NCBI GenBank assembly: GCA_044376115.1
Contig: JBILLK010000030.1
Coordinates: 1-64,000 of the forward strand
Source: Polyangiaceae bacterium
GTDB lineage: Bacteria; Myxococcota_A; Polyangia; Polyangiales; Polyangiaceae
Length of the DNA stretch: 64,000 nt
Direction: 5' to 3'
Shown here: positions 18,438 to 28,800 of the stretch, piece by piece
How positions within the stretch are numbered: position 1 is the stretch's first letter
Layout: each line of letters opens with the position of its first letter
The notes under the pieces: model-generated
What the model saw: only the letters and a program-made list of their open reading frames with translations
Told to the model about the DNA's origin: nothing
The model's database searches: none
Made by a program: the position numbers and the translations under genes

Positions 18438-19871
18438 GTGGACGCCAATTCATCTGACAACCCGCAGGCGTTGCGGGTGGCGGTGGTCGATGATGACCCG
18501 GCGATCCGCAGAATCGTCCGTTTGCGCATTCAACGTGAGGGCGTAACGGTCGAAGAGTTCGAGCGCGGCGCCGATATCGTGAAGCAAGGCGCCGAGGGCT
18601 TCGACGCCGTTTGCCTGGATCTCGGTCTCGCAGCGGGGGACATGGGCGGGATGGAGGTCTTGCCGCATCTGCGTGCCGCCGCTCCCGACGTGCCGATCAT
18701 CGTGGTGACCGCCCAAAGCGACATCGAGAGCGTCGTCGACGCGATGCGCGCCGGCGCGTACGACTTCGTCTCCAAGCCGATCGACGGCGAGCGACTGAAG
18801 CTCGCGCTCGGTCGTGCGCTCGATCGCCGGCAGTTGTCGCGACGAGTCGCCGAGCTCTTGCGTGAGCTCGACTCGGCGCGCGGCAAGTCGTTGATCGTCG
18901 GGGAGAGCATCGCGGTGCGGCAGATGCTCGAGACGGTGCGTCGCGTGGTGGATAGCGATGTAGCGGTATGCATCTTGGGTGAGAGCGGTACCGGCAAAGA
19001 GCTGGTCGCCCGCACCATCCACAATGACGGTCGGCGTCGCAAAGGCCCCTTCGTGGCCATCAACTGCGCGTCGATTCCCGACCACCTCCAAGAGTCCGAG
19101 CTCTTTGGTCATGAGAAGGGCGCTTTCACCGGAGCCGCCAATACCCACCGCGGTCGCTTCGAGCAGGCCGAGGGCGGGACGCTCTTCCTCGATGAGCTTG
19201 GGGATATGAGCTTAGCCACCCAAGTAAAATTGCTTCGCGCCATCCAGGAGAAGAGCATTCGCCGGGTCGGCGGAACCGCCGACATTCCCACCAACGTCCG
19301 GCTCGTGGCAGCGACCCATCGCGATCTCGAGTCGCTCGTACGCAAAGGCGCCTTCCGCGAAGACCTCTACTTCCGCCTGATGGTCTACCCGATCGAGGTC
19401 CCGCCGCTGCGCGACCGGCTGGATGATTTGCCGCGTTTGATCGCGCACTTCCTACGTATGTTCAAAGACGACGTCGGGCGGGACGTGACGCGCATCTCCA
19501 AGGAGGCGCTCGATGCGCTGGCTGCTCACCGCTGGTCGGGCAACATCCGCGAGCTGCAGAACGTCGTGCACCGCGCGATGTTGACCTGCCCCGGGGACGA
19601 GATCGCCCTCAAGGATTTGCCGCCCGCCATGCAGCTGCCAGTGCTCCCCCCCATCCCGGAAGAGACCGAGCCCGTCCCCTCGATGCGCTCGCGCGGTCTG
19701 CCCACCTTGCAGCTCAAAGAACTCGAGAACATGGCCATCCAAGCGGCTCTCGCGCAGACCAACGGCCATATTGCGAGCGCCGCAAAATTACTGGGTATTG
19801 GCCGCGCGACGCTCTACCGCCGAGTGGTGGAGAGCGGCATGAAGGTCGATATGACCGACGATAAAGAGTGA
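18438..19871 (+). CDS. sigma-54-dependent response regulator (NtrC/AtoC family)
   Basis: Receiver domain (VVDDD, LDL, KP), GESGTGKE, ESELFGHEKGAFTGA, LFLDE, FREDLYFRL, GNIREL, Fis-type HTH (LGIGRATLYR). Confidence 0.96.
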   Translation: MDANSSDNPQALRVAVVDDDPAIRRIVRLRIQREGVTVEEFERGADIVKQGAEGFDAVCLDLGLAAGDMGGMEVLPHLRAAAPDVPIIVVTAQSDIESVVDAMRAGAYDFVSKPIDGERLKLALGRALDRRQLSRRVAELLRELDSARGKSLIVGESIAVRQMLETVRRVVDSDVAVCILGESGTGKELVARTIHNDGRRRKGPFVAINCASIPDHLQESELFGHEKGAFTGAANTHRGRFEQAEGGTLFLDELGDMSLATQVKLLRAIQEKSIRRVGGTADIPTNVRLVAATHRDLESLVRKGAFREDLYFRLMVYPIEVPPLRDRLDDLPRLIAHFLRMFKDDVGRDVTRISKEALDALAAHRWSGNIRELQNVVHRAMLTCPGDEIALKDLPPAMQLPVLPPIPEETEPVPSMRSRGLPTLQLKELENMAIQAALAQTNGHIASAAKLLGIGRATLYRRVVESGMKVDMTDDKE

Positions 19872-20503
19872 TGCCCGATAGTCTGATCTTCGATCTCGAC
19901 GGTACGCTTTGGGACACCAACGCCGTGTGCGCCGAAGCCTGGAATCAGTCGGCCAAGAAGCTCGGATACGACGTGCGCCCGGTCGGCGAGGAGGATCTAC
20001 GGCGCGTGTGTGGGCTCGCGCACCGAGAGTGCATTCGCCGATCGTTCGAGTCGCTGAATGAGGCCCAGGTGGACGCGCTCTCCACGCTGACCGAGGCGGA
20101 AGACAACGCGGCGATCGCCGAGCGCGGCGGGCGGCTCTACCCCAACGTCGTCTCGCTGATGAGCGAGCTCGCCCAGCGCCTGCCGCTGTTCATCGTCAGC
20201 AACTGCCAGGCGGGCTACATCGAGATCTTCCTCGCTCAGAGCGGGCTCGCTGGCAGCGTGCGCGACTTCGAGTGTTGGGGCCGTACCAAGGCCACAAAAT
20301 CGGAGAACCTGAGGCGCATCATTCAGCGCAATGGGCTCAGGGCGCCCTGGTACGTCGGGGACACCGATGGGGACCGTACAGCCGCTCGCGATAACGCAGT
20401 AAAATTTGTGTACGCCAGCTACGGTTTCGGCACGCTTCAAGAGTGGGACGCTCGTATTGACGCGTTTGAGCAGCTGGCGGAGCTGCTACCCGCACGCGCC
20501 TGA
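19868..20503 (+). CDS. HAD family hydrolase
   Basis: IFDLDGTLWD, IVSNCQ.GYI, YVGDT.GD, YGFG. Confidence 0.93.
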   Translation: MMPDSLIFDLDGTLWDTNAVCAEAWNQSAKKLGYDVRPVGEEDLRRVCGLAHRECIRRSFESLNEAQVDALSTLTEAEDNAAIAERGGRLYPNVVSLMSELAQRLPLFIVSNCQAGYIEIFLAQSGLAGSVRDFECWGRTKATKSENLRRIIQRNGLRAPWYVGDTDGDRTAARDNAVKFVYASYGFGTLQEWDARIDAFEQLAELLPARA

Positions 20504-20514
20504 GGCTGCAGACC

Positions 20515-21393
20515 TCAGCGCACCGAAGCGTGTTTGGCGTCGCGTTTGATGTCGAGGTGGAAGTGCGATTGATGAGCCGCGTTGAAGCTAGGCGATAGCA
20601 CCGTATGAAAGATGCGGCGCCGGCCTACTTCACAGAAGAGGTTGCGCAGATCGACCCGGGCTTCACTCGGTTCGCTCATCACCGCCTCAGGTCCACACGC
20701 TTTCTCCCCGATGCTCGCGCCCCAATCGGCCGGCGTGAAGGTGCGGCCGTCGGCGGTCTTGAGTACAGTCAGGTCGATCGCCAGGCCGTGCGCATGTTGG
20801 CTGTCTTTCTTTTGGCCGGGCAGCTTGGCGTTGGGTCGATAAAAGTTATCGATCTGCAGCTCGACGATGCCGAACTCATGCAACACCTTGGTGAAATCGT
20901 CGAGCGCCAGCGCTAAGCGGCAGTCGAGCATGCCGTGTTTGCCCTCGGGGACGACGAGCTTTACTTCATTGAAGGCGCCGCTGACGCGAACCGTGTCGGA
21001 TATGCCTTTAGCGGCGCTCTTGACGCGCACGACAGGGAGCTTTCTGCGCTCCACCTCTTTGCGACAATACGAACTCGAAGCATTGGCGTTCTGAGCCGCA
21101 GGGTCATTGAGGTTGGTAGCGGTGGGCATCTCCCCGCGAAAGGTCATGCGCGCGAGCAGCTCGGGGGAGACCGTCGGCGGAGCGGCGGGCCCCTCCGACG
21201 CCGACGCCGGTCCAGGGCTCGCTTGCGGGGCGCCGGCGCTGCTCGTCGTCGGGGCAGGGCCGCCGTCCGGTGCAACAGCCGCCTTTGCTGGTTCGGGCGA
21301 CGGTTCGCTGGGCGGTAGCACCGTGACGTAGTGCATGCAGGCTGGGAGCAGCAGCGCCCAACCGAGCATTGTGGCTGAGCGCCCGGGTGCCAT
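20515..21393 (-). CDS. extensin-like C-terminal domain (peptidase M15-like) lipoprotein
   Basis: Possible lipobox LPAC, Pro/Ala linker, LDCRLA, SQHAHGLAIDL, H.SHFHLD. Confidence 0.8.
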   Translation of the reverse strand: MAPGRSATMLGWALLLPACMHYVTVLPPSEPSPEPAKAAVAPDGGPAPTTSSAGAPQASPGPASASEGPAAPPTVSPELLARMTFRGEMPTATNLNDPAAQNANASSSYCRKEVERRKLPVVRVKSAAKGISDTVRVSGAFNEVKLVVPEGKHGMLDCRLALALDDFTKVLHEFGIVELQIDNFYRPNAKLPGQKKDSQHAHGLAIDLTVLKTADGRTFTPADWGASIGEKACGPEAVMSEPSEARVDLRNLFCEVGRRRIFHTVLSPSFNAAHQSHFHLDIKRDAKHASVR

Positions 21394-21495
21394 GCCTTGC
21401 CTTAGCGCACTGCGGCTTTTCGGGCGAACTTCCCGCCGATTGTGTGGCTTTACGTGAAGGCTTGCTTCGGCCGAAAAAGGGCGTGAGCCTGAGCC

Positions 21496-22566
21496 ATGCG
21501 CAGTCTCGGGATGCTCCTCGTACTTCTGGTTGCTTGCGGTGATGACAGCGGAGCGGGGGCTGATGGCGGCGGAGGTTCCGGCGCGGCGACCAGCAACGGC
21601 GGGCAAAACAGCGGCGCAGGCTCGAGCACGGGCGGCGCGGGCGCAGGCTCATCGAACGGTGGCTCGGCTAATGGAGGCTCATCGAACGGTGGCTCTGCAA
21701 GTGGCGGCTCTGCTGCCGGGGGCGCGAGCGGTTGTATCGACGACACGAGCGCGACCGAACGGCGCGTCGTTAACTGCGGCCCGCTCAGCTACGATGTGGC
21801 GATCCCCGAGGCTTGCCCGGCCGAAGGCTGCGGGCTCATCTTCGATGTCCACGGCTTGACCATGAGCGGTGAGATGCAAGAGGCCAATACAGGCCTTGCG
21901 CAGCGCGGCCGTGAGGCCGGCTACGTGGTCGTCCAACCGAACGCCACACCGGCTCCGCCGGCTGCCGCTTGGGCGGCCGCGGAGGACGATGATGATGTGT
22001 TCGCCTTCTTGGAGGAGGCGATCGCTGGCTATTCGATCGACCCCAAGCGTGTTCACTTTACCGGCTTTTCGCAGGGCGGCGACATGACCTGGCGGATGTT
22101 GTGCAATCACTCCGAGGTGTTCGCCAGCGTAGCGCCCGCCGCCTTCGGGCTGAGCCAAGACGAGCAGTGCTTTCGCACCGGAACGGCGCCCAGCGCCACG
22201 GTGCCGATTCTGTTCATGCACGGCCAATTCGATAGCCTAGTGCCTTTTGCGCAGGCGCTCGCCGCTCGGGATGCGGTGATTGGCGTGCTCGATCTTTCAC
22301 TCGTCGGCGAGGTGGATTTCTTGGGTGGAGCGCCTCCGCCCGGTGGGCCGAAACGAACGCGATTCAGCGGTGAGGGCAACGCGCTCTTGGAGTTCGTCGA
22401 GCATGGTTACGGCGGCGTGTCGACGCTCGGCGGACATTGTTATCCAGGGAGCGAGGACCCAGGTACAGCGCAGGGGCAGCTGTTCACCTTCAAGTGCAAC
22501 CCGCCCAACGCCTTCAACTGGGGCGCCGAGGTGCTCGCGTTTTTCCAGGCTCACCCCAAGCCCTAA
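21496..22566 (+). CDS. LpqC/PHB-depolymerase-type esterase lipoprotein
   Basis: Lipobox LVAC, GGSxN repeat linker, DVHG, IDPKRV.FTGFSQGG, HG.FD.LVP, GHC.PG. Confidence 0.85.
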   Translation: MRSLGMLLVLLVACGDDSGAGADGGGGSGAATSNGGQNSGAGSSTGGAGAGSSNGGSANGGSSNGGSASGGSAAGGASGCIDDTSATERRVVNCGPLSYDVAIPEACPAEGCGLIFDVHGLTMSGEMQEANTGLAQRGREAGYVVVQPNATPAPPAAAWAAAEDDDDVFAFLEEAIAGYSIDPKRVHFTGFSQGGDMTWRMLCNHSEVFASVAPAAFGLSQDEQCFRTGTAPSATVPILFMHGQFDSLVPFAQALAARDAVIGVLDLSLVGEVDFLGGAPPPGGPKRTRFSGEGNALLEFVEHGYGGVSTLGGHCYPGSEDPGTAQGQLFTFKCNPPNAFNWGAEVLAFFQAHPKP

Positions 22567-22610
22567 ATCTCGGTTCAGCCCAACGCAGCGTTCTTTGCTA
22601 GCATCGTCCG

Positions 22611-23813
22611 ATGCGAGCTAATTCCCCTTGGTATCTGAGCCTCATCCTCGTTTCCTCGTTGGCCGCCGTCGCCTGTGACAGCAGCGAATCAACGGGCGGC
22701 GCCGGTGGCGAAGGTGGTTCCGGCGCTACAGGCGCGGCAGGAGGCTCAGGCGGAGTTGGTGGTAACGGTGGTTCCGGGGGCGGCGCCCAATTGCCCGACT
22801 TGGAGCCGGGCTGGAACGAGTTCAAGCCGGGTGGCGAGACCATCTGCTCGCGCGGCAGTGAATACGCCTATTGGGTACTCCCCGGTAAAACCAACAAGGT
22901 CGTGATCGACTTCATCGGTGGTGGTGCCTGTTGGAACGCCTTCACCTGCAGCGTCGCCGACGCGATCTTCGAAGACTCGGTGGAGAGCGTGCGTGCCCGC
23001 ATCGAGGCCGGCGTGCCCACTGGCTTTTATGACCACGACAACGCGGAGAACCCCTTCGCCGATTGGTATCACGTCATCATCCCCTATTGCACTGGGGACA
23101 TTCATTGGGGGGATTCGGTCACCGTCTACAATGAAGGGCTAGATAACGAGATAACCATCAATCACAAAGGTGCAGTCAACTCGCGCGCCGTCTTGGATTG
23201 GGTCTATGACAACTTCAGCGCCCCCGAGCAGATCCTGGTCACCGGTTGCAGCGCTGGTAGCTACGGCTCAGCGATGTGGTCAGCTCACGTGATGGATCAC
23301 TACCCCGACTCGCAGGTCTTCCAATTCGGGGATAGCGGCGCCGGCATCATCACCGAGCAGTTCTTCCAAGAGAGCTTCCCCTCCTGGAATGCAGAGGGCG
23401 CCTTCCCGGCCTTCATTCCCGAGCTCAACCCGGCGGAAGTCGACATCGAGGGCAAGACGCTGCCCGACCTTTATGCGGGTATTGCCAACCACTTCCCCGA
23501 GCAGTCGATGAGCCAATACAACACCATCCGCGACGAGAACCAGTATTTCTATTATCAGGCGATGGGTGGCGGGCCGATTGACGAGTGGACCGCAGAGATG
23601 ACGGCTTCCATCGCCAACATCGAAGGCCGCGCCGAGAACTTCGCCGCGTTCACGGCTCCCGGCGAGCAGCACTGCATCCTCCCGTACGACAACTTTTACA
23701 CCGTTGAAGCCAACGGCGTGAAGCTGACCAGCTGGTTGAAGGAGCGCATCGAAGGCGGGCCGATCGAGAGCGTGTCTTGCCAGGGGACCGAGTGTGACGG
23801 AGCCACTCCGTAG
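22611..23813 (+). CDS. pectin acetylesterase/Notum-family lipoprotein
   Basis: Lipobox AVAC, Gly linker, C..GS.Y, GGGACW, NPFADW....PYCTGD.H.G, TGCSAG.YG, DSG, H.C. Confidence 0.88.
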   Translation: MRANSPWYLSLILVSSLAAVACDSSESTGGAGGEGGSGATGAAGGSGGVGGNGGSGGGAQLPDLEPGWNEFKPGGETICSRGSEYAYWVLPGKTNKVVIDFIGGGACWNAFTCSVADAIFEDSVESVRARIEAGVPTGFYDHDNAENPFADWYHVIIPYCTGDIHWGDSVTVYNEGLDNEITINHKGAVNSRAVLDWVYDNFSAPEQILVTGCSAGSYGSAMWSAHVMDHYPDSQVFQFGDSGAGIITEQFFQESFPSWNAEGAFPAFIPELNPAEVDIEGKTLPDLYAGIANHFPEQSMSQYNTIRDENQYFYYQAMGGGPIDEWTAEMTASIANIEGRAENFAAFTAPGEQHCILPYDNFYTVEANGVKLTSWLKERIEGGPIESVSCQGTECDGATP

Positions 23814-23825
23814 TTGATGGGCTTT

Positions 23826-23906
23826 GTCGCTTGCAGGTGACGCGTCACCTGCGGGCGACGTTGGCTTGCCAACGATGCGTAGAAAGCCGGGCTTTCCCCG
23901 GCTTTC
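23826..23906. repeat. cluster of three intergenic palindromes
   Basis: Perfect 20-bp palindrome GCAGGTGACGCGTCACCTGC (23833-23852), CGTTGGC-TT-GCCAACG (23859-23874), and GAAAGCCGGG-CTTTC-CCCGGCTTTC (23882-23906). Confidence 0.8.
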
Positions 23907-23947
23907 CCGCTTTGTGAGGCCGGCATGGCTCGTGCTCCACGGGAAAC

Positions 23948-25278
23948 ATGCTCAGCCTTCGTCGGTTTGCTTTTGCCAGCGCGTTCACCCTGCTCCTCGC
24001 CTGTGATGCCGCCGACGATACGGGGCCGAGCTGTGAGCAACCTGTATTGCCAGCGCCGGATGAAGGCTTCATCTTGGGGCTCGCCGGAGTGCCGCAGGGC
24101 ACCTTTGGTGCGGCAAATGCGCCCGACTTTGAAGCCGGCTTCAACACGCTCGCCGATCACGGCTTCAATCAGTTCGTCCCGGTGTTTCTGACCGATGAAT
24201 CAGGCGCTGGCACCGAGGAGCTGACCTACTTTCTGCCGCCTTCGGCGACCGGCGCATCCGAGGACCGCTCGTGTCTGGGGAGCCGTACCCGTGGACGGCC
24301 AGCCCGCGTATGCAGGTCGTTTTACCGGGCTATCTGCTCGTGCCCGAGGTGGCGCCGTCGGAGCCGCTGGAGTCGGCGCTGGTGAGTGAGCGGATGCAGG
24401 GCTTTGTTACTAGCTGTTTGAAGGGCGATGAGACCTTGCTTGCGAGCGTGTACCTCCAGGACGAGCCGGCCAATAACTATGCAGGGAGCTCGCTCGATTC
24501 CGACCCGACGAACGACTTCCGACTCGAGAACGTCGCGATTCTCGCCGAGGGGACGCGGGTCGTGGTGGACGCGCCGGTGATGCTGGTGGAGGCGCCGATG
24601 CCATACTTCGTCCCGTATTTCGGCTTCGAGCCCGAGCTTGAGAAGCAGGTCCTCGAGCGCTGGGACGAGGGCGTCACGGAGACCGCCCCGCTCGCCGACA
24701 TTTACGGCTTTGACTACTATGCAGTCGATCTCACGGAGGACTTCGGCGTCACGGCGCAGGTCGTAGAAGACGGCCTGGCTGCGGCTCCCAAGGCCAAGCC
24801 GATCGCCGTGGTCCAAGGCTTTGGTTATGCCGATATGGGTATTGAGTTTGCGACTTCGACGGGGCGGCGCCCAACGCCGGAAGAGGTAAGGGTCAATGCC
24901 TTTACCGTCGTCGCGGCCGGGGCCGAAGGGGTGTTCTGGTACGGCCAAAGCGCCCTCACGCTGGCGGAGCCGGATCAGAGCCTGTGGCAAGCGATGATCG
25001 AAGTCGCCAGCGATCTGCGCAAGCTCTCGGGGACCTTGGCCTTGCCGCGGATCGAGGGCGACGTCGGCAACGCGCAGGTCTTGGTGAGAGCGCATGCTGA
25101 CGAAGCGGCGAGCTATTGGTTAATCGTTAATCCAACCAACCAAGACCAGCCCATCGTGCTTTCCGGTGAAGGCTCTATCACGGACTCCTTGAGCGGCAAG
25201 CAAGTTACTGAAGGCGAGCTCTCGATCACACTGAAGGCCTATCAGGTAGCGACCTACCGTAGGGCGAATTGCCAATGA
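23948..25278 (+). pseudogene. frameshifted glycoside-hydrolase-like (TIM-barrel) lipoprotein; pseudogene or sequencing error
   Basis: The signal peptide/lipobox (LLAC) is in ORF 23948 and the catalytic-like part (YLQDEP, DIYGFDYY, VVQGFG, GVFWYG) is in ORF 24271-25278. One extra G in the G4 run at 24277-24280 fuses them as ...DRSCLGEPYPW..., giving 443 aa. Confidence 0.7.
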
Positions 25279-25309
25279 GAAGCGGATCTACAAAGCGAAT
25301 CATCGACCT

Positions 25310-25477
25310 TCTCGTCTCCGTCGTGCCCGTGCCCGAATTCTGTACAACGCACTCACCGGTCGGCTCTGGGTTTTTTCTTTGTTGCTATCGGTGAATCATC
25401 GGCGATGGTCGAACACGCCCTACTTCAAGACATCGGGCACGGGCACGGGCACGGGCACGGGCACGACGGAGACGAGA
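25310..25477. repeat. REP-like inverted repeat with GGGCAC hexamer array
   Basis: Left arm TCTCGTCTCCGTC(GTGCCC)2GA at 25310-25336. Right arm TC(GGGCAC)5GACGGAGACGAGA at 25433-25477. AT-richer spacer between them. Confidence 0.9.
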
Positions 25478-25515
25478 GCGGGCGGGAGAACAGGGGCCGA
25501 GTCCTTGCCAATGAA

Positions 25516-25839
25516 CTAACCAATCGCCGAATAGGTGGTGGGCGTTGGGTCTCCCTCTTCATACGGCTCGAGCCCGAGCCGGGCGAACTCTGCGAGCAGC
25601 CGGGCTACCAGCGGTGAACCGAGCTCGCGGCGCGAGCCCACGCTGAGCAGGATATGGCTCGGTACGAACTGCAGCGAACCTGGGTATGCCCCGGGGTCAC
25701 TGGGGGTTAGTGGGTAGCTCTCAATGCCGCTTTGGGTCTGCGCGCTACCAAGGAGCGCTGTCGCGAAGCTCCGAGCTTCGCTCATGGCGCGAGCGAGCTC
25801 GGCTTTACCCTCTCGCTTGAATTCGTACTCGTAGCCCAT
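25516..25839 (-). CDS. hypothetical protein
   Basis: 107-aa ORF whose ATG overlaps the upstream kinase stop (TAATG). Confidence 0.55.
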   Translation of the reverse strand: MGYEYEFKREGKAELARAMSEARSFATALLGSAQTQSGIESYPLTPSDPGAYPGSLQFVPSHILLSVGSRRELGSPLVARLLAEFARLGLEPYEEGDPTPTTYSAIG

Positions 25840-28800
25840 TAGCTCGGTGGGTCTGGCTGGGTGCGGTCGGGAGCGTTCGCCGCGGTTTTCAGTTGCGCCA
25901 GGGCGTTCTCGGCCTCTTCATGGGCGAGCTTTTGGCCGGTCGAACGGGACAGCCGCAAGACCGCGTCGTACTCGATCGCGGCGCGCTCGAGTTGCTCGTG
26001 TTTGCGAAACACCCGCGCGATCAAGCAGCGAAGATCCACGGCATCCCCTAACGCTCCACGCGATTCGGCGTCGGCGATTTCGCGTTCGAGGGCGAGTACG
26101 GCTTGGGCATCGCCATCGAGCCCGTCGAGGTAGCGTAGGTGTGAACGGTTGGCGCGCATGAGCGCTTCGAACTGGTGCGTCTCGGCCAACTCCTGCGAGG
26201 TACGCAGCGCGGCGCGCGAATCGGCGTAACGCTCGAGCCGATGCAGAACGTCGCCGAAGTTGTGGAGCGCCACTGCCTCATGAAAAGGCAGCCGCGCGAG
26301 ACGCGCATCGGCGATCGCTTGATCGGCAACTGGGACCGCCCCAGCGTAGTCTTTGGCAAAAAGCTTCGTGAGCAGCAGGTTCTTGGAGATCTCGGCTTTG
26401 ACGCTGCGCTCGTCTGCTTCGGGGAGCAGCGCTGTTTCTCGCAGCACCTCTTCGGCTTCGGCTGGGTGACCGGAAGCCGCCAAGGCCAAACTCGCGAGCA
26501 CGCGGGTGCGCACGTCGATCCGCTCGTCACCTCGGGCGAGTTCGCGATAGGCCGCCGCGGCTTCACCAAAAGCGCCCCGTCGATTGCCGACCTCCACCGA
26601 GGCCGCGAGTCGTAGCCGACGCAGCATGCGTTGCTCGTCGGTCGCTGGGAGGGCTTGCTCCAGCGCGAGGGCGCGATCCAAGCAGTCTTTGGCGGCGCTG
26701 CCTCGGCTCAAGGCGGCAAAGCAGCGCGCGGCGCCCACCCAGCTAAGCCCATCGAGCTGTTGCTGACTGCGCTCGAGTTCGACCTCGAGCCGCTCGACGA
26801 GACCCGGCGGGCTGCGTCGAAGCACCGCCACCGCCTTGCCCAACGCCACGAGCCAGCGACCGCCGCTGCCCAACATCGCCTTATCGAAGGCATCGATCGT
26901 GCGCTCGAGGTCGCCTGCGGCTTGCCACAGAAGGCCGGCCTGCGCCCAGGCTTCACGTTGCTCCCCCGGGTGCTCGAGCTTGCCCCAGGTCTCAGCCTCG
27001 AGCTCGGCCTGGCGAGCCGCAGAAGCCGGATCGCGCTCCGACCAAAGCCGAACGATCTGATGCCGCGTTTCGGCCAGCTCTTGGAGCGAGAGCGTAGCCT
27101 CGGTGAGCTCGCGCCAAAGCGGATGCCGAAAGGTCAGCTGGCCTGCGGCGCTGTTGCTCAAACGCAGACGCAGCACGTCCCGGCGATGCAGTTCATCCAG
27201 CGCCGTCTCCACGCTGAGCTGATCGCGGCCGCTGACGAGCGCCATCAGATCGCCGAGCTGGACCTGGTTACCGAGCATGCTTGCGAGGCGGGCGAGGCTC
27301 GCGGCCTCGTTCGACAAGAGCGCGAGATCCTCTTCGACGGCGGCGCTCAAGCTGCTGGGAAGATCGCTGTCGCGCGCATCCGCTTGGCGAAAGAGCTCCT
27401 CCAAAAACAGCGGGCTACCGCCGGACTTCTCCCACAGCCGCGTGACCGTCGCTTCATCGAGCGAGGGCAACGCCTGGGCGAGACGCAACGCGGCGCGCCG
27501 CGTGAGGGGCGTGAGGCCGATGCGCTGAGCGCCGGCTGCGCGGAACGGCTCCACCACGCTCGCTTCAGGCCGAGCCGAGCCGATCACCGTGATGGGGCTG
27601 TGCGTGAGCCGAGCAACGCTGCTGACGATCAGCTGCAGTGAGGCCTCATCGGCGCAGTGCAGGTCCTCCAAAACCAACACCAACGGAGCGGCTTTGGCGA
27701 CGATCGAGAGCCAGCGTTCGAATTCGCGCGCGAGCTCACGATCGTAGACGTCGCCACGCGCGCGTAGGTCCGCGAGCTCGATCTCGTCGGCTTGGGCGAT
27801 GAGTCCCGCGAGGGCACCAACGAAGCGCGCGGTTCGAAGCGAAGCTCCGCTCGCGTCGAGCCCGAGCTGATGAGCGAGCTGCAAGAGCTCGGCGTCATGA
27901 CGGTCTCCGATCGTGCGCGAGGGCACCGCCGGTGGATCGCTGAGGGCCGCGCGGATTAGGGTGCGGGCCAACGCGCGGGGCGTATTGCCGAGCACGCTGT
28001 CGGCTTGGATATGCCAGACCGTGGGTTGCGGCTCGCTGGCCGCTATTTGCTTGACGGCCTCATGCAGCAGCCGCGTCTTACCGGCACCCGCGGGCGCCTC
28101 CAAGAGGCCGAGCTTGGGCGCGCTGTCTTCGACCGTGGCCTCGAACAGCGAGAGCACGAGCCGCAGCTCGACGTCGCGCCCGACCAGCGGCAACGTCGTG
28201 CGCGGGGCGCTCGCTGAGCCAGCCGGGTGCGTGGTTTGTCGCGCAGGCGGCAACACCGTGCTGACTCTCTCCGGCGCCACGAGCGCATCGAGCGCGCGTT
28301 GCACCGCCGCGGGCGATGGCCGCTCGCTCGGTAGCTTGGCGAGCATGCTCACGATCAGCGCTTCGAGCTGCGGCGGAACCGGTTCACCGTTTGGCCGCAG
28401 CAGCTGCGGCGGTGGCTCCGAGCAGGCGCGGTGGTGCCTGACCAAGGTGTCGTCGGCTTGCCACACCGGGCCGCCCGAGAGGCACTCGAAGAGGACGCAA
28501 CCGAGGCTGAATACGTCTGCCTGCGGCCCAACGTGCGCGTCGGCTGCGGTCTGCTCCGGCGCCATGTAGCCGGGCGTGCCGGCGCCCCCGAGGTTGCGCG
28601 TATGTTCGGCGCTGCTGGCGATGCCGAAGTCGACCAGCACCGCGCGCTCGGCGGCTCCAGCGACGAGCAGCACGTTGGCGGGCTTCACGTCCAGATGAAC
28701 CACGCCGCGACCGTGGGCGTGACTGAGCGCCGAGGCGAGCCGCCGTCCGAGTTGCACGCTGCCTGCGACGCTGAGCGGCCCGCGTACGAGCTCTTGCGCG

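Noticed and set aside
21580..21730. 15-bp-period repeats encoding GGSxN
   Set aside because: An ordinary low-complexity Gly/Ser linker of a myxobacterial lipoprotein, not an independent element.
25405..25617. 70-aa ORF with a GHGHGHGHGH metal-binding-like tract
   Set aside because: The His-Gly run is simply the translation of the GGGCAC repeat. It overlaps a better-coupled ORF on the opposite strand.
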